From: a candidate division WOR-3 bacterium | GTDB lineage: Bacteria > Hydrothermota > Tepidihabitantia > Tepidihabitantales > Tepidihabitantaceae | Direction: 5' to 3' | Assembly (NCBI GenBank): GCA_965648905.1 | Contig: CBFGIT010000010.1 | Span: forward strand, 43,914 to 107,913 | DNA: 64,000 bases | In this document: positions 1-9,732 of the stretch, in pieces | Layout of the letters: each line of letters opens with the position of its first letter | How positions within the stretch are numbered: the stretch's first letter is position 1 | Notes under the pieces: generated by a model | What the model saw: the letters and a program-made list of their open reading frames with translations, nothing else | The model's database searches: none | What the model was told of the DNA's origin: nothing | Position numbers and translations under genes: made by a program

Positions 1-912
1 CTCCCGCTGCTGGTTCTGCCAGGCAGTGCCGAAATGGCCGGCAAGGTGTTTGTAGGCTTTGAGTTTGGGATAGCCATGGCAGGGCAGCATCTCACCGTGG
101 GTGTAGATATTGATGCCTTTGCCCTCGGTCTGCTTGAGCAGCAGTTCAAGGTCCCGAAGGTCATGGCCGGATACGACAATCGCTTTGCCTTTGAGCGGAG
201 TGATGCGCACGCGGGTCGGCGCCGGGTGGCCGTAGGTCGTGGTGTTGGCCTTGTCGAGCAGCTCCATCACGCCGAGGTTGAGCTTGCCCACCTCGAGCGC
301 AGTGGCAAGCAGGGTGTCAGCGTCCTGCGTATCTTGAGCGAGCAGGTCAAGGATGCGGTGGAATTCGGCGTAGAGTGCGTCGTTGTCGTGCCCAAGCACG
401 TGTGCGTGGTCAGCATAAGCAGCCGCACCCTTCAGTCCGAACAGCACGAGGTCGTGCAGGTCGGCAACGTCATCGCCCCAGTTCTCGTGTCGGGCAAGGA
501 TGCCCACCGGCCGTCCCTGTCCGACAAGGCCGCCAATGTCTGGGGCTGGTTGCCAGGTTGCAGGGCCGGAGAGTTGTTTGACCGGTTGGCCGGCGTGAGC
601 TGCGGCCCGTTCATAGAGCTGCCGGGACCGGTTTTTCAGCTCGCCGGCTTTGAGCAAGAGAGCACTGAGTCGCTCCGGGTCGAAGTCAACGTTCGTGATG
701 GTCGCGAACAGCGCCTCGACCGTGAAGGCGTTGACCTCAGGGTCGGTTGCGCCCAGCGTTCGGGCCCGGTGGGCGTATTGACTGATACCTTTGGCAGCAT
801 AGAGCAGCAGGTCCTGAAGCACCGCAGTCGTTTCGTCCTTACCGCAGACACCCTGAACCGTGCAGCCGGTTCCTTTGTTGGTCTGTTCACACTGATAGCA
901 GAACATGCTCAA
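1..912 (-). CDS. hcp: Hydroxylamine reductase / hybrid cluster protein (3' end runs off the window; start TTG 912 or ATG 906)
   Basis: The minus strand reads (MS)MFCYQCEQTNKGTGCTVQGVCGK, the Hcp N-terminal cubane-cluster motif. It is absent from the ORF track because it has no stop in the window. Confidence 0.93.
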   Translation of the reverse strand, partial: MSMFCYQCEQTNKGTGCTVQGVCGKDETTAVLQDLLLYAAKGISQYAHRARTLGATDPEVNAFTVEALFATITNVDFDPERLSALLLKAGELKNRSRQLYERAAAHAGQPVKQLSGPATWQPAPDIGGLVGQGRPVGILARHENWGDDVADLHDLVLFGLKGAAAYADHAHVLGHDNDALYAEFHRILDLLAQDTQDADTLLATALEVGKLNLGVMELLDKANTTTYGHPAPTRVRITPLKGKAIVVSGHDLRDLELLLKQTEGKGINIYTHGEMLPCHGYPKLKAYKHLAGHFGTAWQNQQRE

Positions 913-915
913 TGG

Positions 916-1749
916 TCAGCTCCTGTTCTTGGTTGTTCCGTCCAGGTCAATTGTGATCTGGGCAAAGGGAATGGTCTTGCCTGAGGCTTTGATTGCCGCG
1001 CGGACAAGCTGGACCAGGCCGAAACAGCAGGGCACGGTCATATGGGCGACTGTGACCGATTTCGGTGTGTTGGTCCGAAATATCTCGGTCAGTTTCTCCT
1101 GGTAGGCCAGGGCATCGTCGAGCTTCGGGCAGCCGATGAGCAACACCTTACCTTGAACCAGTTCACGGTGGAAGTTGGGGTGGGCTGAGCCCACGCAGTC
1201 GGCGGATATGAGCAGGTCAGCACCGGCAAGATACGGGGCTGAAGGCGGGATCAGGGTAATCTGAATCGGCCAGTTGCGCAATGCCGAGGCGGCTCGGGGA
1301 ACCGGTGAGTCAGACGGCTCAGGAGAAACGGAAGGGGAGATGTGGCGAACCGCAGAGCCTGGGCAGCCGCAGGGCAGGCGCGACGAGGCGGCCAGCGGGA
1401 CCGGGATGCTGTGTTTCTTCAGGTAGGCGACGGCCTGGTTGTAGTACTCGGTTGCGCCGTGTTCTTTCAGATGGGCGAGGTGCGCAGCAATCGTGTTGGT
1501 ACCGGCCTTGACGATATTCTCCATGACCCGGGTTTCATCGTAAGGTTCGGCGGGCCGCTCCTCAACGGTCATCGCTCCTTCGGGACAATGGCCGACGCAG
1601 GCTCCGAGACCGTCGCAGAACAGGTCGGATACTAGTCGGGCCTTGCCGTCAATGACCTGGAGCGCACCTTCGGGACAATTCGGGATGCATTGGCCACAGC
1701 CGGTGCATTTCCCTTCGTCTATCCTGATTATCTTCCTTCGTGTTGTCAT
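916..1749 (-). CDS. 4Fe-4S dicluster ferredoxin-domain protein (hcp-associated)
   Basis: Motifs CTGCGQCIPNCP, CDGLGACVGHCP, CGCPGS, NWPIQ, GCPKLD and VPCC. Confidence 0.88.
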   Translation of the reverse strand: MTTRRKIIRIDEGKCTGCGQCIPNCPEGALQVIDGKARLVSDLFCDGLGACVGHCPEGAMTVEERPAEPYDETRVMENIVKAGTNTIAAHLAHLKEHGATEYYNQAVAYLKKHSIPVPLAASSRLPCGCPGSAVRHISPSVSPEPSDSPVPRAASALRNWPIQITLIPPSAPYLAGADLLISADCVGSAHPNFHRELVQGKVLLIGCPKLDDALAYQEKLTEIFRTNTPKSVTVAHMTVPCCFGLVQLVRAAIKASGKTIPFAQITIDLDGTTKNRS

Positions 1750-1750
1750 G

Positions 1751-2185
1751 TCAGGCTCCTGGAGTTAGGGTAATGTCAGACACAGTTGTGCGACGGAGCT
1801 TGTCGGCCGCCTGCTGGGTCAGGTGATTGAAGAAACTGCCGAGCACGCAGCGCGTACCGTCACAGACCGGGATGGCGAACGGACAACCGGTTGATCCGAG
1901 CCGACCTTCGAGCGCCTCGTATACTTCCAGCACACTGACTTGGTCTGGTGGCCGGGTAAGCTGGTACCCGCCGGCCGGGCCGCGTGTGCCGGAGACGATT
2001 CCTGCGTGTTCAAGCGAGACCAAGACCTTGGCCAGATGAGCGGCCGAGGCTCTGAGCTCCTGGGCGAGTTCGCGTACGGTCATTCGATCAGAGCCGCCCC
2101 GGGCAAGGGCCGCTACGGCGTGAAGACCAAGACTCGCTGCCTCGGAGGCACGGAACAGCCGGGAAGGTTGGACGATATTACTCAT
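1751..2185 (-). CDS. Rrf2-family transcriptional regulator, probably Fe-S binding
   Basis: wHTH with HLAKVL and RGPAGGYQL; C-terminal CPFAIPVCDGTRC provides three Cys; first gene of the hcp operon. Confidence 0.9.
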   Translation of the reverse strand: MSNIVQPSRLFRASEAASLGLHAVAALARGGSDRMTVRELAQELRASAAHLAKVLVSLEHAGIVSGTRGPAGGYQLTRPPDQVSVLEVYEALEGRLGSTGCPFAIPVCDGTRCVLGSFFNHLTQQAADKLRRTTVSDITLTPGA

Positions 2186-2296
2186 TACTGTACCAGATTA
2201 CCAGATTTAGACTCTGAGTCAAGCGGAAGGATGCTTCTGTTGACAGCCGAGGTTTTTGTATCATCATCTCTTGGCGAACTAAGCCAAGGAGTGTTC

Positions 2297-3556
2297 ATGA
2301 GAACGTTGCTGTTTGTCTTGACCGCTGTCGGACTGTGCTTTGCCCAGCCGCGCTGGGTGCAGATGGACCCGGTGCCGCCGCTGCCGTCGGGCCGGGCAGT
2401 GAGCGATGGTGCCTGGCTCGAGCCGGTCATCCGGCCGAGCGGACTTGCCGTCTACGCGGCAAAGGGCAACCGGACCAGTGACTTCTACGCTTATATGGTT
2501 GCCGATGACTCGTGGCGAACCATGCCGGGAGTGCCGCTTGGTACCGAGAACAAGACCGTGGACGAAGGTTCGAAAGGGGTCTCCGACGGAGCCGACGCAA
2601 TCTATGTAACCAAGGGCAACAACTCGTTCGGGTTCCACCGATTCAACGTGACGAGCGGGGAATGGGTGCAACTGCCTGATGTACCGTCGGGGCCGGACTC
2701 AAGCCGACTCCGAGGTGGAACCGATCTGGTGCACGTGGAGCGCGGTGGGTCAGGCTATGTCTATCTGCTGAAGGGGCAGTCAGGCGAGTTCTGTCGCTTC
2801 GACATTTCGGACCAGAGTTGGGCTTTCTTGCCGCACGCACCGGTCGGCAGTGAGCCGCTCTGGGGCTTCGGTTCCTGGCTGGCCTACGATGGTGCCAGGT
2901 ACATCCTTGCGCACAAGGCGCGGGCGAACGAGCTCTGGGTGTTTGACGTGACCGCCGACTCATGGCTTGCTTCGCCGAAGACCGGCATGCCCTTCGTCGG
3001 CCGGGGCGGGCAGGCAATGCAGTCCGGACCTGGTGGCTGTGCTGAGTGGTTCGGGGGTAGCGTCTACGCGCTCAAAGGGAACGGCTCTCCTGAACTCTGG
3101 CGGTACTTTTCGTCCGGCGACAGTTGGCGCCAGTTGGAGGATATTCCGGTTGCCGTCGGTGGTGGTGGCGCGCTTGCGCTCGGCGACTCGGGCCCGGGCG
3201 GTTCGAGATACTTCTACGCACTGGTCGGCAGCAGCCGGTACGATCTCTGGCGCTATCGTGCCGGCGGAGTTCCGGCAGTGGGGGAAAAAGGACTTGGTCG
3301 ACTGGGCCGGGTATCGGTAGTGCCATCACCGCTCAGAGATGGTAGAGGCATGCTAAGATACAACCTGTCCGGCGCGGGCGTCGCGCGGCTGAGTCTCTGC
3401 GACCTCACTGGCAGACGGCGTTGGTATCACCGGGTGGTCTTGCCGGACAGCGGCCAGGTGCCGCTGTCACTGAGCGGGCTTGCTCCGGGCACTTACTTCC
3501 TGTTCGTTGAGACTGGTTCCTACAGCGGTGTGCTGCGGGTCGTGCTGGCGCGCTAG
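2297..3556 (+). CDS. Secreted Kelch-like beta-propeller protein with T9SS/FlgD-like C-terminal domain
   Basis: AAGGAG RBS precedes ATG 2297; signal peptide MRTLLFVLTAVGLCFA; repeated YxxKGN..F.RY....W units; C-terminal PSP...DLTGR...LAPGTYF...VVLAR. Confidence 0.75.
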   Translation: MRTLLFVLTAVGLCFAQPRWVQMDPVPPLPSGRAVSDGAWLEPVIRPSGLAVYAAKGNRTSDFYAYMVADDSWRTMPGVPLGTENKTVDEGSKGVSDGADAIYVTKGNNSFGFHRFNVTSGEWVQLPDVPSGPDSSRLRGGTDLVHVERGGSGYVYLLKGQSGEFCRFDISDQSWAFLPHAPVGSEPLWGFGSWLAYDGARYILAHKARANELWVFDVTADSWLASPKTGMPFVGRGGQAMQSGPGGCAEWFGGSVYALKGNGSPELWRYFSSGDSWRQLEDIPVAVGGGGALALGDSGPGGSRYFYALVGSSRYDLWRYRAGGVPAVGEKGLGRLGRVSVVPSPLRDGRGMLRYNLSGAGVARLSLCDLTGRRRWYHRVVLPDSGQVPLSLSGLAPGTYFLFVETGSYSGVLRVVLAR

Positions 3557-4684
3557 TCACGAGCCGGCTGCCAACAGGCAGCGGGCTGCGGTGTCGGCAC
3601 CAGTAAGAGAGAAACGGCCAAACCCGAGTTCTGCCATTCGGACCAACTGGCCTGACTGCCTGAGTTGGGTCAATGTCTGGGCAAGTCCATGCGCTTCGGC
3701 CATGGTACGCACTGGTTGACATACTCCCTGTCCCATGGCAAACGCCATGTTCTCCGGTGCGAATGGACCGATGTTGGGCAGCAGTGCAAACATGGGCAGG
3801 CCGAGTCCGACTGCCCAGTTGGTGCGTTCGTGCGCCGCAGCGACCATCACGTCGAGATTGGGCAGCAGCCTGACCGTGCGTGCGGTCTCAGTCTGCGGGC
3901 TGTCAGCCCAGACGATTTGCGAACCGTCTTCAGCAACTCCGAGCCGGCTCAGAATTGCCCGTAGTCTGGCCGCACGCAGCCAGCCGCTGCCCCAGAACAG
4001 AATCGTCTTGTGCCCGGCACGGGTCAACGAGACGGTGGCGGCGATGATGCGGTTGACATGGGGACGCGGGTATGCACCAGAGGAGAAGAGACCAACGGTC
4101 AACGGAGCTTCTGACCGCAGGCGCGCGACCCGGGCCAGAAATGCAGCCTCGGCACCGGGCAGCAGGTCAGGCTCGACCACGAGTCCGGTGACCGTCATGT
4201 TCTCGCGTCTGACCCCGTGTGCTGTAAGACGCGAAGCGGTGTGTTCAAGCGGCACGAATGTCTGCCACGCCTCGGGTACGGCTGCGCTTGCCGGTGTGGC
4301 AATCTCGCCGTGCAGGTAGGCGACCCTGCAGGTTCGGCACAGGATGTGGGCGAGAAGAGGATGGTCAACCAGACAGACACCACTGTAGCCAGTCAGCTCT
4401 TGTCTGAGTTGTGAGCCGAGCGCGGCGAGCGACAGCCCGGATGGGTTTGCACCAGACCGGCGCAAGAGGTTGTACAGCCAGGTTGCCGGGCCGCCGAGGC
4501 CTCCAAGCCGATAGCCCGCGCGCAGTGCCTGCCAAGCCAGGTTATCCAATCTTCTGCTGACTCGACGGATCGAGCAGGCAGGGTTGACTGCTGCCAGCGC
4601 CCGGAGTACCGCGTCCAAGTAGCCCGGGTGCCCCCGGCCGATGCCAGAGCAGGCCACAGTGAGTTCGGGAGCCTGCGTCGGCAT
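3557..4684 (-). CDS. Hypothetical protein, possibly GT-B glycosyltransferase-like
   Basis: 375-aa ORF coupled to the upstream gene; N-terminal SGIGRGH, VTGL, DVMV...AVGLGLP layout is reminiscent of GT-B. Confidence 0.5.
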   Translation of the reverse strand: MPTQAPELTVACSGIGRGHPGYLDAVLRALAAVNPACSIRRVSRRLDNLAWQALRAGYRLGGLGGPATWLYNLLRRSGANPSGLSLAALGSQLRQELTGYSGVCLVDHPLLAHILCRTCRVAYLHGEIATPASAAVPEAWQTFVPLEHTASRLTAHGVRRENMTVTGLVVEPDLLPGAEAAFLARVARLRSEAPLTVGLFSSGAYPRPHVNRIIAATVSLTRAGHKTILFWGSGWLRAARLRAILSRLGVAEDGSQIVWADSPQTETARTVRLLPNLDVMVAAAHERTNWAVGLGLPMFALLPNIGPFAPENMAFAMGQGVCQPVRTMAEAHGLAQTLTQLRQSGQLVRMAELGFGRFSLTGADTAARCLLAAGS

Positions 4685-4687
4685 CGG

Positions 4688-5548
4688 CTACGAACCGTTG
4701 GCCAGGGTAGTCGGAGGATTGCGGTCAGCCAGTGCTTGGCCCTGAGTTTGACAGCCTGGGCAGTAGCTGGTCAGCATCCGTCCGTCGTGCACGACTCTGA
4801 CGACCGAACCGCAGCGCGAACAAGGTTCTCCCTGCCGGCGATGGATCTTGAGAAACGGCCGGTCTGACTCACTTGGCAGGCGGTCTGGAGGCAGGGATCG
4901 GTGGTGGACGACGGCTATCCCGAGGACCTTCTTCAGAGCAGAGTGCAGTCGGATGACCGCCTCGCGCTTCAATTCGAGTGTGGTCTGGAACGGCGACAAC
5001 CGGGCTTCAAACAGGACTTCGTCCGCATACGCGCTGCCGACACCGGCCAGGATGCGCTTGTCGGTCAGCACGTGCCGGATTGGGCGATTCCGCCGGCTGA
5101 GCACGGTAGTGAAACGGTTGAGGGTGAAGGCCGGACTAAGTGGGTCAAGACCTGGCTCGGTACGGTGTGGAATTGTGTCCAAGTTCTGTACCAGGTACGC
5201 GGCAAGTCGAGGCGGTCGGCCTGGGTCGGTTGCGCCTACACCGGCATGGCCTTCAAAGTGGATGACGATGCAGCTTGAGCCCGGGCGGGTGGAGCCGGAC
5301 CGAACTAGCTCCAGCCGGCCGCCGCGGGTGAAATCAAGGTCCAGGTGTAGGCCGGTGCCGAAGTCAAAGGTGAGATGCTGACCCTGACGGGTGATGTTAC
5401 TCACGTGAGCCGAGCACAGGGATTCAAGCGGTGCTGTCTGTCTCTTCATCACCGAACGTTGGAGCAATAGTGCGCCACTGACTTTGCGGCCGACAAGAGC
5501 TGGTCGCAGTCGCTCGCGAATGATGTCGAGTTCGGGCAACTCAAGCAT
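4688..5548 (-). CDS. Fpg/Nei-family DNA glycosylase-like protein with altered catalytic residues
   Basis: M-L-ELPE start, GLDPL, H2TH region LAGVGSAYADEVLF, zinc finger CSRCG...YCPGCQ. Confidence 0.85.
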   Translation of the reverse strand: MLELPELDIIRERLRPALVGRKVSGALLLQRSVMKRQTAPLESLCSAHVSNITRQGQHLTFDFGTGLHLDLDFTRGGRLELVRSGSTRPGSSCIVIHFEGHAGVGATDPGRPPRLAAYLVQNLDTIPHRTEPGLDPLSPAFTLNRFTTVLSRRNRPIRHVLTDKRILAGVGSAYADEVLFEARLSPFQTTLELKREAVIRLHSALKKVLGIAVVHHRSLPPDRLPSESDRPFLKIHRRQGEPCSRCGSVVRVVHDGRMLTSYCPGCQTQGQALADRNPPTTLANGS

Positions 5549-5675
5549 GTATGAAGATAGAGCCGAATCGCAAGTGAGTCAAACCGGGACGGCTTCAGAT
5601 TGTCGCGCTTGACTTCGGCTCGGCGCTCGCTATCCTGTATATGTCCTCGGTCATGAACGAGGACTCAAAGCAAGA

Positions 5676-5703
5676 GAGCCGCAGGGCGGCTCCTTCTGTT
5701 TTT
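5676..5703. terminator. Intrinsic terminator, probably bidirectional
   Basis: GAGCCGC-AGG-GCGGCTC hairpin followed by CTTCTGTTTTT on + and TCTTGCTTT on -; lies just downstream of the ABC permease stop. Confidence 0.7.
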
Positions 5704-5718
5704 CCTGAGCGCGTTGGT

Positions 5719-6471
5719 CTAGTACTCGCCGCGGTTGAAGAAATAGACCGCGGCTCCAGTTGCGACCGCGCCAAACACCACCAGGAACCCAAGGTCGAAC
5801 CACACCGGATAGAACCCGAATCCAAGTACCAGCCGTCTGACCAGGTCCACGCCGTAGGTTAGTGGGTTCAGGCGCACGAGCACATCGAGCCAGGAAGGCA
5901 GGCCGCGCATCGGGAAAAGTGCGCCCGAAAGGAACCACATCGGCATGATGACGAAGTTCATGATTGTACCGAATCCCTGGAACGAAGTCATGCGGGCGGC
6001 GATGACGATGCCGATGCCGGTGAGGGAGAATGACATCAGGGCCATCACCAGCATCAGCGGCACGATGTTCGGAAGCGGCAGGCGGACGTGGACGAGCGGG
6101 GCGAGGAGCATGATGATGCTGCCTTGGATGAGCGAAAGCGTGGTGCCGGCAAGGCCCTTGCCGATTACGATTGACGTGCGCGGAACCGGCGCAACCAGAA
6201 TCTCCTTGAGAAAGCCGAACTCTCGGTCCCAGATGATACTGATGGCCGACTGAATCGACGTGAAGATTGTGGTCATTGCGATGATGCCCGGGAAGATGAA
6301 TTGGGTATAGTTGACGTTCTCAACCCGGCCGTACGAGCCACGCAGGCCCATGCCGAGGATGAAGAGCCAGAGGGCGGGTCGGGCGAGCGAGCCGTAGAGT
6401 TGGCTCCTTTCTCGGAAGTAGCGAATGAAGTCCCGTAACCAGATCATGTAGATGCAGGCAAAGTCAATCAT
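5719..6471 (-). CDS. ABC-2 type exporter permease (DrrB-like)
   Basis: Start MIDFACIYMIWLRD; IIWDREFGFLKEILVAP, FLSGALFP, NPLTYGVD. Confidence 0.9.
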   Translation of the reverse strand: MIDFACIYMIWLRDFIRYFRERSQLYGSLARPALWLFILGMGLRGSYGRVENVNYTQFIFPGIIAMTTIFTSIQSAISIIWDREFGFLKEILVAPVPRTSIVIGKGLAGTTLSLIQGSIIMLLAPLVHVRLPLPNIVPLMLVMALMSFSLTGIGIVIAARMTSFQGFGTIMNFVIMPMWFLSGALFPMRGLPSWLDVLVRLNPLTYGVDLVRRLVLGFGFYPVWFDLGFLVVFGAVATGAAVYFFNRGEY

Positions 6472-6550
6472 ACGCGGACGACCCCGGAAGTGAACTTCGA
6501 GGATGCAGGGAACGGAACGAATGAAGGCCCTGGATTCCGACTTCGCTCGG

Positions 6551-7561
6551 TCATCGCCACGCCCTTCCCATACGACGCAAGCGAGTCTTGAGTTTCTCAC
6601 GACCCGAAGCTTCGTCGTCGCGGATTTCCCGGCCGGTGAGTCTGAGGAAGACGTCGTCCAGAGTCGGCGGGTGAACCGACACCGCAAACACCGGCACCGA
6701 CAGTTCGTGTATGAGCTTCGGCACGAACTCGGCTCCGTTCTTGACCTCAAAGCGCACGCCTTCGTTGTCCACCATTACCGGTGTGGGATGTGCTCTGTCG
6801 ACAAGTCCTGTGTTGAGCAGTTGGCGTACTTCGGCCGCGGCCTTCTCATTATCGCTGGTCGACAGGCGAATGCGGTCACCCTGCACCTGCTCTTTGAGGC
6901 GCGCCGGCGTATCCAAGGCGACTATCCGACCGTGGTCAATGATGGCAATCCGGTCGCAGTATTCGGCTTCATCCATGTAGTGGGTCGTCAGGAAGAGGGT
7001 CATGTTCCGCTCACGGCGGAGCGTCATCAGTCGCTCCCAGATACGGTTGCGCGTCTGCGGGTCAAGGCCCAGTGTCGGTTCGTCGAGGAAGAACACCCGC
7101 GGTTCATGCAGCAGTCCACGGCCGATTTCCAACCGGCGTTTCATCCCGCCCGAGTAGTTCCGCACTAGGTCATCAGCCCGGTCTTCAAGTTTCATCCAAT
7201 TGAGTGCGTCAGCGATTCGCTGTCTAAGTTCGGATTTCGGCACCCGGTAGACCATGGCGTGGAACCGCAGGTTTTCACGTGCGGTCAGTCGGTCGTCGAG
7301 CGACGGGTCCTGGAAGATGATACCGATCGACTTCCGCACCTGGTTGTGCTCGCGGACAACGTCGTGTCCGGCTACCTCTGCCTGACCCGCACTCGGACGG
7401 GTGAGGGTACAGAGCATGCGCACGGTTGTGGTCTTGCCTGCGCCGTTTGGTCCGAGAAACCCGAATACCTCGCCGGGCTGTACAGCGAACGATATGTGGT
7501 CAACAGCCAGCAAGCCCTTGAATTCCTTGGTCAGACTGTCGACTCGGATGATCGGTGGCAT
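6551..7561 (-). CDS. ABC exporter ATP-binding protein (DrrA-like)
   Basis: GPNGAGKTT, YSGGMKRRL, LDEPTLGLDP, TTHYMDEA, PTLDDVFLRLTG. Confidence 0.95.
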   Translation of the reverse strand: MPPIIRVDSLTKEFKGLLAVDHISFAVQPGEVFGFLGPNGAGKTTTVRMLCTLTRPSAGQAEVAGHDVVREHNQVRKSIGIIFQDPSLDDRLTARENLRFHAMVYRVPKSELRQRIADALNWMKLEDRADDLVRNYSGGMKRRLEIGRGLLHEPRVFFLDEPTLGLDPQTRNRIWERLMTLRRERNMTLFLTTHYMDEAEYCDRIAIIDHGRIVALDTPARLKEQVQGDRIRLSTSDNEKAAAEVRQLLNTGLVDRAHPTPVMVDNEGVRFEVKNGAEFVPKLIHELSVPVFAVSVHPPTLDDVFLRLTGREIRDDEASGREKLKTRLRRMGRAWR

Positions 7562-7567
7562 CGTCCG

Positions 7568-8449
7568 TTATCCGGCCGGTTCAACCTTCTTCTGCACGTC
7601 TACTGCCGCCAGGTAGATGCCGGCACAGATGACCGCACCGCCCACGGCTTCGTATGGTGTCGGTGCCTGTCTGAGCAGAGCCCAGGCGAGCAGCGTTGTT
7701 CCGACCGGCTCGCCGAGCACAGCCATGGCCACGGTCGGCGCCGATACGTACCTGAGCGCCCAGTTGAAGCTCGTGTGTCCGAGCAACTGAGGACCGAGGC
7801 CGAGCAGGATGATGAAGAGCCACGCTTTCGGGTCGGATACCCGGACGCCTCTTGTGAGCATCGCCACGACCAGCAGTGCCGCCGCGATACTGTAGACAAC
7901 GTAGATGTATGAGACGAGCGACAGATTCGGCCGTACGCGTCTGCCAGCCATGAGATAGCCGCCGGCACAGGCCGCACCGGCCAAAGCCAACAGGTTGCCG
8001 ACAGTAGTGCCGGGTGACTTGAGCGCGGGCCCGGCAATGACCGCAGCGCCGAGCAGACCGAGCACCACTGCAAGCACGATGCGCCACGATATCCTCTCCT
8101 CGAGCGCCAGCGGTGACAGGGCCGCGACAAAGATCGGGTTCATGGCCACGAGTACAACCGACGAGGCGACCGAGGTTCGATTCAGAGACTCTATCCAAAA
8201 TGCGAAGTGGGCGGCGAGCAGTAGCCCGGCGAGAGCCATCGGCCCCAGCGGTACCCTGCGCAGCTCGGACCGGCGCTCGGTCGGCCGGGTCCAGAAGAAC
8301 GGTGAGAGTACCAGCGCGGCAACGACCATACGTCCGGCGGCAATCACGATGCTCGGCGCGGGCGTGACTTTGATGATGATGGACGCGAATGACAAGACCA
8401 CGATACCGGCGCCCAGACCGGCGAGTACACGCATGCGAGACACAGCCAA
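7568..8449 (-). CDS. DMT/EamA-family transporter
   Basis: About ten hydrophobic segments; TSVASSVVLV..NP; GHTSFNWAL..V...EPVG. Confidence 0.88.
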   Translation of the reverse strand: MAVSRMRVLAGLGAGIVVLSFASIIIKVTPAPSIVIAAGRMVVAALVLSPFFWTRPTERRSELRRVPLGPMALAGLLLAAHFAFWIESLNRTSVASSVVLVAMNPIFVAALSPLALEERISWRIVLAVVLGLLGAAVIAGPALKSPGTTVGNLLALAGAACAGGYLMAGRRVRPNLSLVSYIYVVYSIAAALLVVAMLTRGVRVSDPKAWLFIILLGLGPQLLGHTSFNWALRYVSAPTVAMAVLGEPVGTTLLAWALLRQAPTPYEAVGGAVICAGIYLAAVDVQKKVEPAG

Positions 8450-8497
8450 GGAGTAACTTTGTCCGGCATCCGTGCAAAGTCAAGGACAACCTGTGGC

Positions 8498-8525
8498 TTG
8501 ACCGTCGAGGCTGCTGCCCTATACT
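8498..8525 (+). promoter_or_regulatory. Sigma70-type promoter, probably leaderless
   Basis: TTGACC-N16-TATACT ends 5 nt before ATG 8531. Confidence 0.6.
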
Positions 8526-8530
8526 CGGAC

Positions 8531-9490
8531 ATGATTCGTTGCTCCCTGGTTGTTCTGCTCGTTGCGCCGGCATGGGCGTGGTTTGGCTCGTCAGCAACCG
8601 GCTACACGTTCATGAAGATTGGGGTCGGTGCCCGGCCGGTCGCGATGGGCGGCGCATACACCGCGGTGGCAGACGATGCCAACGCCATGTTCTGGAATGC
8701 GGCCGGGCTCGCCTTCGGACAGGACCTCTCAGCCAGTGCCACCATCATGGGGCTGTTCCAGTCGGTCACGTACACCTCGGCCGGACTTGCGGCATCGCCT
8801 GTGAGGAACGTTGGCATCGGCGCGGCAGGCGCATACCTGAATGCGACCGATACCCGCCGCGACGAGCACGGTGAAGAGACTGGCACGTTCGGCGTGTCGG
8901 ATTTCGTCGTCGGTCCGGCCGCGGCCTGGATGCCGGTCAGAAACCTGGGCATGGGCCTGGGGGCACGCTATGTCGCCAGCCGGATAGACAGCTTCGCGGC
9001 CTACTCAGCGTCACTTGACGCCGGAGTCATCTACCGGCCGGTCGGCTTTCTGACATTCGGAGCAAGCCTGCTTCATGTCGGCCCGCCCCGTAAGTTCATC
9101 GCCGACTGGGAGCACCAGCCGACGAACCTGCGTACCGGCGTCGCGCTGAAGTTCCCGTTCTCCCGAAACCACATCATTGTGGCCTCTGACCTGTCCGTGT
9201 TGCCGGACTACGGGCCGACCATCTCGGTAGGCGGCGAGCTACACATCACTATGCAGACCAAGGGCCGCGAGGCGACCGGGGAACATGGGTTCGCCATCAG
9301 AGCCGGCTATCAATCCGGCGCACACGTTGGCACCTGGTCGGGGTTCTCACTTGGCATGGGCTATGAGTACCCGATTGCGCCCGGTCTCTCACTCGGCGTG
9401 GACCTCGTCTATCTCTCCTACGGTCTGCTTGGTTCATCCGAACGCGCTTCGGTCGGTCTCAAGTACGCCCGGCCCAAACGTCGGCGTTAG
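8531..9490 (+). CDS. PorV/PorQ-family outer-membrane beta-barrel protein
   Basis: Signal peptide; FMKIGVGARPVAMGGAYTAVADDANAMFWNAAGL signature; alternating beta-strand pattern. Confidence 0.85.
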   Translation: MIRCSLVVLLVAPAWAWFGSSATGYTFMKIGVGARPVAMGGAYTAVADDANAMFWNAAGLAFGQDLSASATIMGLFQSVTYTSAGLAASPVRNVGIGAAGAYLNATDTRRDEHGEETGTFGVSDFVVGPAAAWMPVRNLGMGLGARYVASRIDSFAAYSASLDAGVIYRPVGFLTFGASLLHVGPPRKFIADWEHQPTNLRTGVALKFPFSRNHIIVASDLSVLPDYGPTISVGGELHITMQTKGREATGEHGFAIRAGYQSGAHVGTWSGFSLGMGYEYPIAPGLSLGVDLVYLSYGLLGSSERASVGLKYARPKRRR

Positions 9491-9732
9491 GCTGACGCAA
9501 ACGGCAGAAGCCCAGGCAAAGGTGTTTTCTCTTGTCCGTCTCTCGCCTGACGTCGCTGGCTGGGAGACAGCCATGCATGCGTGAGTGCCACTTCCGCGGT
9601 CGCGCCTGCCCGGTGAATCTGTCATCGACGTTTCAAGTGACCGGCGACTGAGCATGGGAGGCCGACCCGGCCAGCGCTCTTGCTCAGTACTCGGTTCGGG
9701 TGCGGACGGTCACACCGCGCCGAGCGGGTCTG

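Noticed and set aside
34..984. 316-aa + strand ORF
   Set aside because: It is the antisense shadow of hcp, whose motif-bearing frame is on the minus strand.
5641..5862. 73-aa + strand ORF after the 5609 promoter
   Set aside because: It runs through a terminator and antisense into the ABC permease, with no recognisable motif; an sRNA reading fits better.
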